Shown here: positions 40,549 through 53,381 of the stretch, piece after piece
Numbering within the stretch: position 1 is the first letter of the stretch
How the letters are laid out: each line of letters starts with the position of its first letter
Source of the DNA: Chiloscyllium plagiosum
Lineage: Eukaryota
Assembly (NCBI RefSeq): GCF_004010195.1
Contig: NC_057750.1
Location: 4,164,382-4,228,381, forward strand
Direction of reading: 5' to 3'
DNA length: 64,000 nucleotides
Program-made: the position numbers and the translations under genes
The notes under the pieces: generated by a model
Told to the model about the DNA's origin: nothing
Databases searched by the model: none
What the model saw: only the letters and a program-made list of their open reading frames with translations

Positions 40549-40645
40549 TGCAGATGCTGGAAACCAGATTTTGGATTAGTGGTGCTGGAAGAGCACAGCA
40601 GTTCAGGCAACATCCGAGGAGCAGCAAAATCGACGTTTTGGGAAA
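40549..40645 (-). mobile_element. Family A short repeat
   Basis: Reverse complement of the family A tail (tgcagatgctggaaaccaga...gcagcaaaatcgacgtttt). Confidence 0.65.
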
Positions 40646-41326
40646 CGGCTATTTGTAGAATTGCCAACCCTCGAGAATGGATGAAAGACCAGATATTCTC
40701 ATGCTAGGAATGAACAGTTAATTTGTAAAAAGGGATTCCTTGCATTGTCTGACTTCTGTTATTTGTTCACTCTGGATCATTAGTGGGAAGCTAATCTAGT
40801 TTCTATTTTGCTGGTCAGCGTCCTTTCATCTCAGTAAACTTATTGACACGTGCAGCGAATCAATCCTTTTGGGATGAGGTAGCTTCAAATGGCACATTTT
40901 TTTGTTGATGGCCCGAGAGGCAGGTTCCGCCAGCCGTGCGACACATGGCATGGTTATATAGGTGTCATTGTGGTTGCTTTCACTGTTTTTGCACCTGGTG
41001 CTGAGCCACTGCTTGTCATCGTGGCATATAGTGGCCAACAGGTGATGTCCTGGTTTTCTCTGCCCGCTTTCAGCTCTGTTAACTTCCTGATATTGGCAGC
41101 ATCGCTCCAGTGAAATGAATTCCAATTTGGGCATTTGTGGTTGGCTCATGCATAAAGCTGGAAATGCAAAGCTCGCTCACGTCCTCAGTTACAGATGGTG
41201 TTTGGGGATTGTGCTGAGCAGCAGGTGATGAAGGTGATGAAGGTGATTAATTGGCTTATGGGGGGAATTGGCAAACATAGAAATTGGGAACTGTCTTTTA
41301 TATTTGATGATTGTTATGCTTTGCAG

Positions 41327-41501
41327 CTCAGCAGAAAGCATAAAGTCGGTATTCTGTACTGTATGGCTGGCCAGGGCACTGAGGAGGAGATGTACAACAA
41401 TGAAGAAGCAGGCCCTGCATTTGAGGAATTCCTGGAGCAGCTAGGAGAAAAAGTGCTTCTTAAGGGCTTTACAAAATATGCAGCTCAACTGGACACAAAA
41501 A
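41327..41501 (+). CDS. SIPA1L3: SIPA1L3 coding exon 4 (start of RapGAP domain)
   Basis: Acceptor gctttgcag. [58 protein letters not shown]. Donor gtaagt. 175 nt, phase 0 to 1. Confidence 0.95.
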
Positions 41502-41689
41502 GTAAGTGTTTTGCTTTTTAATTGTTACAAACTCTGTGTTTGAAATTTGTGGAGTGAAAATTAGTATGTTGCAAAAAGAACTGCAAATGATGGAAACAGT
41601 CAGCCAGTGTTAGGAATGTCCAAGGGTTTCACCCTTTTGTCAAGAGATTAAGACATAGACTGTTGGGCAGAACTGGATAATACTGTGAA

Positions 41690-42160
41690 AGTCTTGGTTC
41701 TCTCTTCTGAGAGGAAGATATAATGATATTGGAGGCAGTCCATAGCCGATTGCAAGATTGATCCCAGGTATGGAGGGATTTTCTTATTAGGAGAGGTTGA
41801 GTAGGTTGAACCTATGCTAATTGGAGTTCAGAAGAATGACCTTATTGAAACGTGTAAGTTTTTTTAGGGATAGGTATGGAGTGGTTGTGGTCCCCTTGTC
41901 TATGACCAGAGGGCCTAACATGAGTATGGGCAACCATTTCAGACCGATGAGGAGGAACTCTTTCACTGATGCTAGTGCATCTGTAGAACTCTTTACTGCA
42001 GAGGGCTGTAGGGACCTGGTCATTTTAAGTCCATTCAAAGTAAGGGAATCAAGGGTCACGAGGGATAAGGTAGGAAAGTGGAGTTGAAGGTCATGAGATC
42101 AGCCATGGTCTTATTGAATGATGCAGCAGACCTGATGGACCCAATGGCCTGCTTTTGCTT
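41690..42160 (+). mobile_element. Degenerate CR1-group 3' fragment; similar relics at about 57820-58260 and 62010-62455
   Basis: ttatgaggagaggttgagtagg-like and ttcagaagaatga..cttattgaaac motifs, shared with 62060-62150. Confidence 0.6.
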
Positions 42161-42543
42161 TTACATCCTGTGGAAGTTGGGAGTTAAGCTTTTTTTTGTT
42201 TTTGGCATTGGGTGTCGAGGTTGACATGAAAAAGTTTTAAGACTTGAGATTGTTCTTGTTGCATGAAATGTAATTAATTAGGGTATGAGTGGGAATTTTA
42301 TTGAAAAGCTGGAAGAGAGAAAAGATTATTTTGGCAAGTAGGGAGGAGATAATGCTGAAACGAATGGTGCATGACCTAGAGGGGCTCACATCTGGCAGAT
42401 TCTGATGACAGGTCCTATCCTAAAAGTCAGTCCACCTTTTTCTTTTTACCAAGGTTTGTGTGTTTCTGTCTTTCTGTTTTTAGTACTAGTGATGTCATGG
42501 TTTGCTGTCTGAAATGTGATGTTAAAACATTTTCTATTCACAG

Positions 42544-42647
42544 CTGACTCGACTGGTACGCACTCTTTGTACACAACTTACCAGGACTATGAGATCATGT
42601 TCCACGTGTCCACCATGCTTCCATATACCCCCAACAATCGGCAGCAG
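42544..42647 (+). CDS. SIPA1L3: SIPA1L3 coding exon 5 (RapGAP)
   Basis: Acceptor tttctattcacag. (T)[34 protein letters not shown]. Donor gtgggt. 104 nt. Confidence 0.95.
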
Positions 42648-43249
42648 GTGGGTACCGTCTGCCGGGCTTTCTTCACTAAACCATGAGCTGACCTTTCTTT
42701 ATCATCTTAATAGACTTTCCTGTAAGCCATTAAACACAGGGCTTTGGGTGAAAATGTGTCTGAAAGGTCCCTTTTCATACAGATTAAAATGTGACTAATC
42801 AGATAGTCTTCTATGTCTAATTAGTTAAGTGTTCTAAGTACGAAAGTTAACTTGCTAATGGTTTTACCCCCTACCTTTTAAATTTTTTGTCCTCTGTTCC
42901 TTTGAGATATTTTCTGACTTGTGCTGGCATAAGATTAAGATTAAATGGGTGGGAGGTGCCCACACCTTGAACACATCAAATATGTTCTTGCCTGTTTCTC
43001 ACATGTACTGCTCAGTTTTGCATCACGTTTTCAGACATTAGCACCAACTGGTTCAGGAAAAGTGGAAGGATCGAAGTTTGGCACATTGGGTCAGAGAGCC
43101 ATTGAAGATAGAAATCCCCTCCCCACAGCTCTCCCACAATAAAACATTACACATTTCTGATTCTTAAAGTTGTCTGATAGTATTACCAAAGGGAAATATT
43201 CCAATTCCGTCCACTTTCATCTCTCATACATTGTCCTATGTAAAAAAAA

Positions 43250-43720
43250 AAAGAGTCATACAGCATGGAAACAGACCTTATGGTTCAAGTTGTCCATGCT
43301 TACCAAGTTTCCCAAACTAAACTAGTCAAGTCTGCCTACATTTGGCCCATATCGCTCTTAAACATTTCGTATTCATGCACCTGTCCAAGTATCTTTTACA
43401 TGTTGTGACTGTACCTGCATCTACCATTTCTTCAAGCAGTTCATTCATATGAACCTCCCTGTTGTGTGAATACCTCCGCTGTGGGTCCCTTCTAAATCTT
43501 TCTCCTCTCAACTTAAACCTATGCCCTCTAGTTTTGAACTCCTCCATCCTAGGGAAAAGACCTTTGCAATTCACCTTATCTATGCCCCTCATGATTTTAT
43601 AAACCTCTATAAGGTCACACCTCAACCTGTAGCAAAGAGTCCCAGCTTATCCAACCTCTCCTTACAGCTCCACACCTTCCAGTCCCAATAACATGTAAGT
43701 CATTTCTACGCCCTCTCTAA
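43250..43720 (-). mobile_element. CR1 3' fragment
   Basis: DLIEVYKIMRGIDKV..TRGHRFKL. Confidence 0.8.
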
Positions 43721-45744
43721 TTTAATAATTGCAACCAGAACCCCACACTACTCCAAAATGGCTGAGGTTAGTGGAGCATAGAACATTACAGCACAATATA
43801 GGCCCTTCGGCCCTCGATGTTGCACTGACCTGTGAAACTAATCTGAAGCCCATTTAACGTAAGTTATTCCATTTTCATTCATATGTTTATTCAATGAAGG
43901 CTGACTGTTTAAGTTTTTTTGGTCACATTTGCTACTTACTCAAGTATTCTGGTTCTCATTTACCTCTGCAGAGTTCATTGTGATTTTTCTGCTTCAATAG
44001 CCATTGCATGACATTGATCAAGTCTGCAGATATTGCAGACTTGTTCTAACAAGTGTACAGAAAGTAAAATATGAAATATAAAGGAACTACCTTGCTTCCA
44101 ACCAACCATAATGCCAATGCTTAGCTACAGATTTTGTGCTTATAGTTTGTATCTCACTGTGGGTACTGAATGATTTGAGCTGCTGATAGGTGATGTCCAA
44201 AATCTTGGAATATATGGTACTTTTCTGTATCTGAGTATATGGGGAAACAAGTGACAAAAGAGATGGTTTCAACTAACTTACAATTAAACTGTGAGCTGCA
44301 GAATTATTGACGTTGAGCTCTTCCTGAGATTGTTCAGTTGCTAAGTTCTGAATTTGAGCTGGAACTATTCTATTTTTCCTGAGTAAAAACGAACATCACT
44401 ATTCACTTTGAGAGATTAAATAGGTGGGAAGATAGATTTCGTTTTCAGCCTGATGTAAAACTGTATTTTTTATTTGTTTATATTTGATTGCAAACTTAAA
44501 TGAGAAAACAACTGTTTTAAAAACCTAGGGTTGTTGAAGGATTACTGCGGGTTTTGAAAGTGAGGAACACGATACTCATTGTAAGCACTATTTACACAGT
44601 GGTTCAAATAGCAGTCGATGGTTTGCAGATGAGCCAGAGCCCTGGGCTGTGTAGAAATGGAGATTTAGGTGGCAACAAGTGACTGGAGACTAGTGACTTT
44701 TTTTTTTATCACAAAAACTGCCTTCTAGTGGCTATGATTTGGTTTCTCGATAGCTGAACAGTTTGGAGCTGTGAATGATATGGGAAGAAGTCATCACACT
44801 GTCCACAGACTCCGGAGCTGTCCCTGTCCTCTAGAGGGGAAAAAATAACTGAAACTGGTTTTCTTCAAATTTAGTTTTCCTCCAGTTGCTCCAAGCTGTG
44901 ACTTATTAATTAATAAGTTCGAGACTTCTGTGTAAGTGTGAACCAGTTACATTGTACCTCTTGCAAACGCGTGAAAGCATCCGGAGAAGGAAGATTGAGA
45001 AGCAACATTCTGGCCAACACAAGATTCATCTCCGTAAATCCTGTGAACAGGGACTACTGAACTGCTGTCACAGTTCTGCCCTCTGTCTTTTTTGCCTCCC
45101 TCTGCCTTCGTGTGCGGGAGAGTTTATAAAAAAGTTAGAGCTTTAGTCGGTAGAATTCTATGACATATGACAATTCATAACTGTTTAACAAATTAAATAG
45201 TAATTTGTGTTAAGTAAATAAACCTGATCCATGCTTTCTGTCAACCAGAGTTTTAAAAAAAAAGGTAAATTGGGGAATTCTGCATATTTTAAAAAATCTT
45301 TACTGTAACTTCTGTAACAATTCCCTGAATAGTGGGGCTTAATTTCCAATGTGCTACCGCAGTGCAGCGGAACACTGACTTGACCAGAAAATAGCCTGAA
45401 AAAAGTCACAACTTCATTCTTATTGACAAAGAAGATTATGACATTGCTTTTTATTTACCATAAACTCTTTAAACTGTTTAAGCAGAACAGTATAAGTTGC
45501 CAGTTATACTGCTAATCTTGCTATGTTTTATAATCCACACTTTTATAGCAATTGATTTGCCTGTACTTTATCTGTAATTGGAATTGATCCAGTCCTAATG
45601 TTAGAAAGAGCAATCTTTTCAATAATGTAGTTAAAAATCTATTTATGAGCATTGGGTCAAATTAATTGCTTAAATGGTATTGAAATATTCAGGGTAGCTT
45701 TAGGTTAAAGCTGGATGAATCGTAATAAGCTCTATTTTAATGGT

Positions 45745-46257
45745 TCTCTGACCTATCACCTCCATCCCCACCGTCATTCACCTATTGTACTCTTTGCTAC
45801 CTTCTCCCCAGCCCCCATTTATCTCTCCACCATGGAGGCTTCCTGCCTCGATTCCTGATGAAGGGCTTTTGCCCGAAAGGTCGATTTTTCTGCTCCTCGG
45901 ATGCTGCCTGAACTGCTATGCTTTTCCAGCACCACTCTGATCTAAATGCTGGTTTCTAGCATCTGCAGTCTTCACTTTTGCCTAGTTGATTTTAACCTTA
46001 CTGCGAATCCTCTTGCAAGGTTGCCTACCTTGAAGAAGTTCTCCTCTCCACATGAATCTCAGTGAGTCTCTCTCTCTCACTGCAGCCCCCAGGTCATCTC
46101 CTCTGCCCTGAAGCTCTTCAGCCATGAAATAGACTTGCTACCACAGCCACATTTGCTTACTTCACCAGTTTCCTTATTTCCTCTCTCCACCCTTCCAGCA
46201 ACAGTCTGATCTAAACTCTGGTTTCCAGCATCTGCAGTCCTCACTTTTGCCTAGCCG
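45745..46257 (+). mobile_element. Family A PLE remnant with tandem partial terminal repeat and hammerhead at 45855-45882
   Basis: CTGATGA-agggcttttgccc-GAAAgGTC. The tail at 45925-45990 is repeated at 46193-46262. TSD attttaatggt at 45734-45744 and 46258-46268. Confidence 0.72.
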
Positions 46258-46349
46258 ATTTTAATGGTGTGCAAATAGGTGTATTTTGAATGAGTTAAAT
46301 TTGGACCTAGAATGCCTTGAACGTTCGAAAATCATTCGAGGTTTATAGA

Positions 46350-46666
46350 TACAGGCCATTCAGTCCAACAAGTCCACACCAAATCTCTGAACAGCATCCC
46401 ACCCATACTCACCCCCCAACTCTATCCCTGTAACCCTGCATTTCCCACAGCTAATCTCCCTAATCTACACATCCGTGAACACTGTGGGTGGTTTAGCATG
46501 ACCAATCCTCCTAACCTTGGATCATGGGGGGGAAACCGGAGAATCCGGAGGAAACCCATGCAGACACTTGGCGAATTGCAAAGTCCACGTAGACAGTCCC
46601 CAGAGGCTGGAGTTGAACCAGGGTCCTTGGCATTGTGAGGCAGTGGTACGAACCACTGCGCCACCG
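46350..46666 (-). mobile_element. HE1-type V-SINE (diverged)
   Basis: Reverse-complement V-domain, head and tail. Confidence 0.78.
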
Positions 46667-47900
46667 GGACCAAAAATATTTCAACCAGGAAAGCTTCAAA
46701 TTGTTTTCTCCATATACTCTATTTCTAGTGGCTAGAAGTCAATAACCAGAGGGCAAAAGAATGACAGGATATATGAGGAGAAAACCTTTTAACATTCCAA
46801 GTGGTTGGGATTTGGAATTCTTAGCCTATTCAGTTGGTGGAAACAGAATGTAAAGGAAATAGAACAATATCTGAAAACATTGAAACAATGTGGAGCAAAA
46901 GCAGGGGAGTAGGACTAATTAGAATTACTGGCTCTTAGAAAAAACAGACTCCATGAATTCAATGGCCTTATTCAGTGCTTTATTATCCATTGTTGTGTGC
47001 TTAAATCAGTAGAGGCACTATTTGTGTTTTATTGGGAATACTAGTACTTCCTCTAGCCTGATGTTCCTAGTCTTTTCTAAAGTGTAGCTCTTGGGACCCA
47101 AGCACCCTGACAGAATAGAAACTCCCCACAGAGTTCATGAGAGTCCAAAGATCAGGTAGGCTTGGGCTTGTTAAGGATACTCAAGTTGGGGCCTCAGTTG
47201 AGCAATTAGAGTTGACATCTGTGGCTCCTGGATTAAGGAGCGGAGTTGGCTGGGAAGTACCTGATTGCTGTTGACCGGCTATCAGTCTTTGTCGTGCATG
47301 GTCAGGACACCAGTGAAGCCCCAAATAAATAGCCACTTGGATAGGATATGACCGTGACTACAAAATGAACTTAGTCCCTACCTTCAAGATAGGAGATGCA
47401 TTCAGTAAAAGTTGCCATTGTCCCAGAGGACTTCTCTGTCTCTCTCTGTCTGTCTCGCTATCTCTATCTCTACCGCTCACTCTACCGCTCTCACTCTCTC
47501 ATTAGAAACTTACTGGTAGTGAGTTTAACCCTGAAGGTCACTATGCTTCAGGCAAGGTTGAGAAGGCTGGACCTTCATCGTATTCTTCACGATTGGCATC
47601 ACTACACAGCAACCTAACCATCCAACCAACTGACCTAACTGACTCCATGAAATCGGTAAAACGTGAATGAAGGAAGTTATTTACATTTTGGTGAATGCTT
47701 GGATGGCTATCTAAAAATGGATAGAACTTTTGCTGCTTGTACCTGAGATTTTACACATTAATAGTGATGCTGCGTTTGCAATTTTGCTAGTTTGTTTTTG
47801 ACACTGAATTTGAATGGTAAACTGTGTAGAGAATATCTGCAAAGTGAGCAATTTGCAACCAGACGTTTGGTGACTTGACTTAACGTGTTTGTGTTCACAG

Positions 47901-48058
47901 CTCCTCAGGAAACGGCACATTGGCAACGACATTGTTACCATCATTTTTCAGGAACCTGGGGCACTGCCATTCACACCAAAGACTGTACGCTCTCATTTTC
48001 AGCATGTGTTTGTCATTGTAAGGGTCCATAATCCATGTACTGAGAATGTGTGTTACAG
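47901..48058 (+). CDS. SIPA1L3: SIPA1L3 coding exon 6 (RapGAP catalytic helix)
   Basis: Acceptor gtgttcacag. [52 protein letters not shown], with the intact Asn-thumb motif KRHIGND. Donor gtgagt. 158 nt, phase 0 to 2. Confidence 0.96.
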
Positions 48059-48109
48059 GTGAGTGCTTCTCCACGGTAGCAAAAGTCTTTACATTTGTTG
48101 GCTCCTTTC

Positions 48110-48493
48110 AAACTTCAGGACATTCGGTGTAGACACTGACATACTTTTTGAAGTGTAATCTCGATTATAGTGTAAGCAATACATAACCAATTTGTACACA
48201 CAAAAAAGGTCCCAAAATGAGCTTTTTGTTGAATTAAGTATGTTGCCCAAGTCAACACAGCAGAACTCCCCCTACTGTCGTTTGAATTATTTTGACAGAA
48301 GCCTTTATGCCAATATGGGAAAGCAGTAGGGAGCTCTGTTTAAAGTTGTTCAAAAGATGGCAAATCAAATAACGCAGCACTTCTGAAGAACTTAACTAGA
48401 GTGTTGCCCAAGATTTTGTGCTCCTATCTCTCGAGTGGGATTTCAACTCACTACTTCTTGACTCTGAGGTGGGAGCGCCACCCACTGAGCCAC
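48110..48493 (-). mobile_element. Deu-domain SINE (SacSINE1/AmnSINE-like), old; other copies at about 9110-9345 (+) and 61030-61400 (-)
   Basis: tRNA-like head gtggctcagtgggtggcgctc..tcagagtca, Deu-like core gtgctgc..gccatctttt..ttaaac. The three copies resemble each other. Family name from memory. Confidence 0.6.
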
Positions 48494-49144
48494 AAATGAG
48501 AACCTGTTACTGACCAGTGTATGTCTCCTCACGTGACAATGATAACTTCAAAATGAAAGGGCAAATGATGGAATTATAAGGCAGGTCAGTAGTATTTGAA
48601 AAGAGAAAAATGAAAAATTATGAAACTTTAATCTGCTTGTTTGAGGTATGGATAGATTTGTGTATCTCCATTGTTTTATTCGATTCTGATAAAATGAACA
48701 TTGAGTATGTTTATTTTAGAAAGGTACAGTACCACATTATGTAAAGTCATAAGTAATTTTTGATTTGTCTCTTTTGAGAACAGTGTTGAGAAATAGCATA
48801 TATCTGTACAATATCTGACAGAGTGCAATGAGGAATCTGGAATAATCAAGCCTTGCAGCACAGAAGGAGATTGTGTTCGGCTCATTGTGTCTGTGCTGAC
48901 TTTTTGTAAGAACCGTGATGTTTATCCCCACACTTCAGATTTTTTTTGTCCATGATGCAGTTGGACCTTTTCCTCAATTACCTGACCAACTCAGTTTTTA
49001 AAAAAGAATACAGTTCTTTCTGGTATTTTACTCTAACTTAGCTAATGTCAGCTGGAGTAACAACTTGGGTCTTTCAATAGGACTTGGGGCCTTTCCACCC
49101 TGGGACTCAACAGCAGCTGTTTGATACTTAGTTACCCCATTTAA

Positions 49145-49545
49145 AGTCATAGAACTGTCCAGCATGGAAACAGACCCTTTGGTCCAACTCATCCATGCCA
49201 ACCAGTGATCCCACATTAATCTAGTCCCATTTGTCAGCACTTGGCCCATATTCCTCTAAACCCTTCCTATTCATATACCCATCCAGATGCCTTTTAAATG
49301 TTGTAATTGTACCTGCCTCCACTACTTCCACTGGCAGCTCATTCCATACACACACCACCTCTGTGTGGAAAAAGTTGCCCCTGGTCCATTTTAAATCTTC
49401 CCCTCTCACCTTAAATCTATGCCCACTAGCTTTAGACTCAGATACTCTGGCGAAAAGACTGATACAATCACCCTTTCTGTACCACTCATAATTTTATTAA
49501 CTTCCATAAGATCACACCTCAGCCTCTGAAGCTGCAGGGAAAATA
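49145..49545 (-). mobile_element. CR1 3' fragment
   Basis: FFHTEVVCVWNELP..FKRHLDGYM plus CR1 3' UTR. Confidence 0.8.
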
Positions 49546-49790
49546 GTTGTGTAAATGTGGGGGACATCGACATCAACAGGGACAGAATAACTTATCTATG
49601 ATGCCTATTCCAATGGTCAAAAGATACTTAAAAGTCTAAAAATATGCGGAAGGCATGATGTGAAAGGGCATGCTTGAGACTAGAGGATTGGGGAATTGTC
49701 CAATTAAGAATCGACATATTCTGTTAAGGAATTGCAAATATGGGAGAAAAATTGATTGTTAAGATTTTTTGGAATGTTTTATTCCAACAG

Positions 49791-50367
49791 CGTGGCAGTG
49801 ACCAGGTCCAAGGATGTCCCACTCTTTGGGCCACCCATTCCAGAAGGCTTCTCTTTCAGCAAATCTGATGTTTTCCGAGACTTTCTGCTGGCCAAGGTCA
49901 TCAATGGAGAGAACGCAGCGCACAAATCGGAAAAGTTCCACGCTATGGCAACTCGGACTCGGCATGAATACTTGAAGGACCTAGCAGAAAATAGTGTCAC
50001 AAACACCCCCGTGGAATCCGCTGGAAAATTTAACCTCATTTTGTTGACCACCAAAAAGAAGGAGAAAACAAAGCCCCGTGTGGGGGCTGAGCTGTACAGT
50101 GCTGGGGCGATTACATGGCGGGTTTACGCACAGGATTACAGCCAGGGAGTTGAGGTGGAGTGCATTCTAGGCATCTCGAATGAATTTGTTGTGGTTATTG
50201 AGCAAGGAACCAAGGAGGTGGTGTTCAACTGCTTTAGTGGGGATGTAATAGGCTGGACTCCTGATGCATCAACGCTTAAAATTTTCCATGGGAGAGGTGA
50301 CTACATATTTGTGCGAATGTTAGAGGAGAATGTGGATGACATTAAGGAAATTGTTCAAAGGTTAAAG
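49791..50367 (+). CDS. SIPA1L3: SIPA1L3 coding exon 7 (end of RapGAP and linker)
   Basis: Acceptor attccaacag. (S)[17 protein letters not shown]...[22 protein letters not shown]...[10 protein letters not shown]. Donor gtaagt. 577 nt. Confidence 0.95.
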
Positions 50368-50419
50368 GTAAGTGAACAACAACCTGTTACAATGTGTTGT
50401 AGAAGTACCTACCTAACAA

Positions 50420-50950
50420 AATATCCCTGGTGCTTCACAAGAATATTATATGACATTGAGCTGCTTATGATATTGGGGAAGATGACCAAAACCTTTGGAT
50501 ATAAGACTGAAGTCTCAAAAGGTTTTCTTAAAGAGAAAAGGAAGGGAGCTCCAGAGCTTACGATCCAGGCAACTGAAAGTACAGCCAAGAGGTGAGGAGC
50601 TAAGATCAGGGATCGCTAAGAGGCCAGAATTAGGAGCACAGATACCTTTAACTGTGGGGTTCATAGAAATTGGAGATTGAGAAGGGCAAGGCTGAGGGAT
50701 TTGAAAACCAGGATGAAAATTGTAAAATCGAGGCATTGCATAACTGGGAGCCAAAGTAGATCAATGCAGTGGGTGAACAAAACCTGCTGGCAATTGGGTG
50801 CATGAGCAGCAGAGTTTAACATCACCTTTAGTTTATGGAGGAAAGAACTTAACATCCAGCTGCATTAAATTATTCAAATCTCGAGGTAATGAAGACATCA
50901 TTGCAGCAGCAAATAAGCTGTTGCAGGGGTGGTGTCTGACAGCCTTGGAA
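50420..50950 (-). mobile_element. Old L2-like LINE 3' relic
   Basis: Minus-strand LLWLPVMQCLDFTIFILVFKSL resembles the L2 C-terminal motif LHWLPV..RI.FK.L...FK.L. Confidence 0.5.
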
Positions 50951-51729
50951 GTGGATGTTAAAATGTTTTGAAAACTTTATCCTGGTGTAAAATATGATGC
51001 TCCTCACCTGAGTTTGGCTCGCAGCTTGGGTCTTTGATTAGGCTTGGAGATTTCCCAATCTCTCTGGCTCTACTCTAAGCTGTATTTGGTCCCTTGCTTG
51101 TTTCATATGTACTTGGGCCATACCATTAATTGGCCCATGAGGGAAAAGGAATTCTTAATTATTTCCTGAAGATGTAGAGAAGAATTTAATAACTCGAAAG
51201 TGTTCCTTTAAATAGGTTTGAAATAGCCTGCCAGCGAACAATGAACATCAATATGTTGCTGTCAAAAATAAAGTTCTTGTCTGATGCAGATTGGTTGACT
51301 GCTTTGAATCTCCTCATACCAGAGTTTCTCTTGTATTTTATGACCTGGTTAATCTTACTGGAAAATTTCCATTTCAGCTGAGCTTTTGAAATGACCATTA
51401 ATTGCACCTGATCTTGACAACCACATGCATTTGCTGAATGCAGAGCAAGTTCTTTCTGTCAAAGCCTTACCTTGTCCTTCAAATATTTAATTGTAGTTGT
51501 ACAGGTTACTATTTCTTTTAAATCTTTTGAGGTTTAAGAATGGGCATATTTTCAAATGCATTCAGTGAGAAGTAAATAAAAGTGCACTCTCAGAGCCATC
51601 AGTCTCCGGTCCAAGCCATTCAGATTTTGGATTTTGCCAGATTTCAGATCTAGCCTTGAAAACAGCATTTGGGTCAGGTGCTGTCAAGGATCGCTTGGTG
51701 TGGGGGAATAGACCAGTGCACATGTAAAC

Positions 51730-52034
51730 TAGATTAGATTCCCTAGAGTGTGGAAACAGGCCCTTCGGCCCAACAAGTCCACACTGACCCTCCGAAGAGT
51801 AACCCACCCAGACCAATTTCCCTGTGACTAATACACGTAACACTATGGGCAGTTTAGCATGGCCAATTCACCTGACCTACACCCCTTTGGACTGTGGGAG
51901 AAAACTGGAGTACCGGGAGGAAACCCACGCAGACACTGGGAGAATGTGCAAACTCCACACAGACAGTTGCCTAAGGCTGGAATCGAATCTGGGTGTCTGG
52001 CAGCAGTGCTAACCACAGAACCACTGTGCCGCCC
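51730..52034 (-). mobile_element. HE1-type V-SINE
   Basis: Same structure as 8033-8371. Confidence 0.87.
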
Positions 52035-52536
52035 CGGTAGTAAAACAGATGACCAGTCTGGCACAATGCAAAACCTCATCGAATTGTTCAGGCGGATTTT
52101 AAAACAAAATGATGCATGGAGTACTCTTAAAATGTCTGGTTTTAGCTGGCCATTTTCATATAATTGTATTGTACAAATGGCAATTGACTAAATGCTATTG
52201 ATATGTCCAGTATTCAGAAATCCCATTTAATATGGTAATTGGACTTAATCATAATGAATGTGCTCTTAGCATGGCCAGAACGTTTACATGAACACATTTC
52301 CTGAATCTGTAAAACCATGGATCTTGAATAGTGCCAAACTGTGGTGGCCTTTTTGGCACCAATTTTGTCTGGTTGCTGTTGTGTTTAGCTGGTCTTTGCT
52401 TCTCCCCACGTTCTTGAAGGTATACCTGGCTCACAGCAGCTTTTTATCAACCAAACTGCCTGATACTTTGGCTTAGATGGAAACTATGTGCGCTTAGTGT
52501 TAATTGTGTTTTGACTTAATTGCCTTTGATTCCCAG

Positions 52537-52811
52537 ATTGTAACAGAAGGATGTGAAACCATTGACATGACTCTGCGGAGGAACGGGCTTGGGCAGCTTG
52601 GGTTTCATGTCAAATATGATGGCACAGTGGCAGAGGTGGAAGAATATGGATTTGCTTGGCAAGCTGGACTGAGACAGGGAAGCCGACTGGTTGAAATTTG
52701 CAAGGTGGCTATAATAACACTCACTCATGATCAGATGATTGATCTTTTGAAGACATCAGTGACTGTGAAGGTGGTCATTATCCCACCCCATGAAGATGGG
52801 AACCCTCGCAG
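52537..52811 (+). CDS. SIPA1L3: SIPA1L3 coding exon 8 (PDZ domain); gene continues downstream of the window
   Basis: Acceptor tttgattcccag. [57 protein letters not shown]...[15 protein letters not shown]. Donor gtatca. 275 nt. [12 protein letters not shown] resembles SIPA1L3 more than L1/L2 (from memory). Confidence 0.94.
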
Positions 52812-53341
52812 GTATCACCAGTCTTACTTATCTGGAAATCTAGGATTTGTTATTAATTCCCATTGAAACAGTGCCTTCACTATGTTCATTCAGCACAATT
52901 ATTTTTCTGAAAGATTTGGAATGATTTTGGCTGAAACAATAAAATGACTTTTCTTTGTTCGAGTCAAGGTCAGTAATATGTAAGCTAACATATTATTGCA
53001 ATTAACCCAAGATTTTGTGATATGCTCAAGATATGGATATTAATTTGGCTTTCTCTCAGTTCTCTCTGTTCCATAACTTTTCCCCATAAATTGGTTTGCA
53101 CTGTTCCATTCCTCTTTATTCTTGGATCCTGCATAGATAATGTCACATGACAAAAGTAACAGCCACAGAATGACAGCCCAGTATAAGGCACAACTTTCAG
53201 GAGAAGACGTGAGGTCAATTGATCTAGGTGAAAGATATAAGCCAGAAATAATAGCATTGAAAAATTTCTTCCAACATTTGACTTGGCTAATAATACATAC
53301 GTATTGTTGTGGTTCTGTTCGCTGAGCTGGAAATTTGTGTT

Positions 53342-53381
53342 GCAGACATTTCGTCCCCTGTCTAGGTGACATCCTCAGTGC
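53342..53381 (-). ncRNA. Hammerhead ribozyme motif in the inverted PLE 3' copy
   Basis: Reverse complement reads gca-CTGAGGA-tgtcacctagacaggggac-GAAAtGTC-tgc, with CpG decay in stem III. Confidence 0.68.

Noticed and set aside
41195..41326. ORF extensions flanking real exons (also 35893-35921, 49756-49790, 50368-50595, 52504-52536)
   Set aside because: Intronic read-through outside the splice sites, with no similarity to SIPA1L proteins.
34452..52811. Assignment as SIPA1L1, SIPA1L2 or SIPA1
   Set aside because: The start MTSYR and motifs [25 protein letters not shown] and [11 protein letters not shown] fit my recollection of SIPA1L3 better. A phylogeny or synteny check would settle it.
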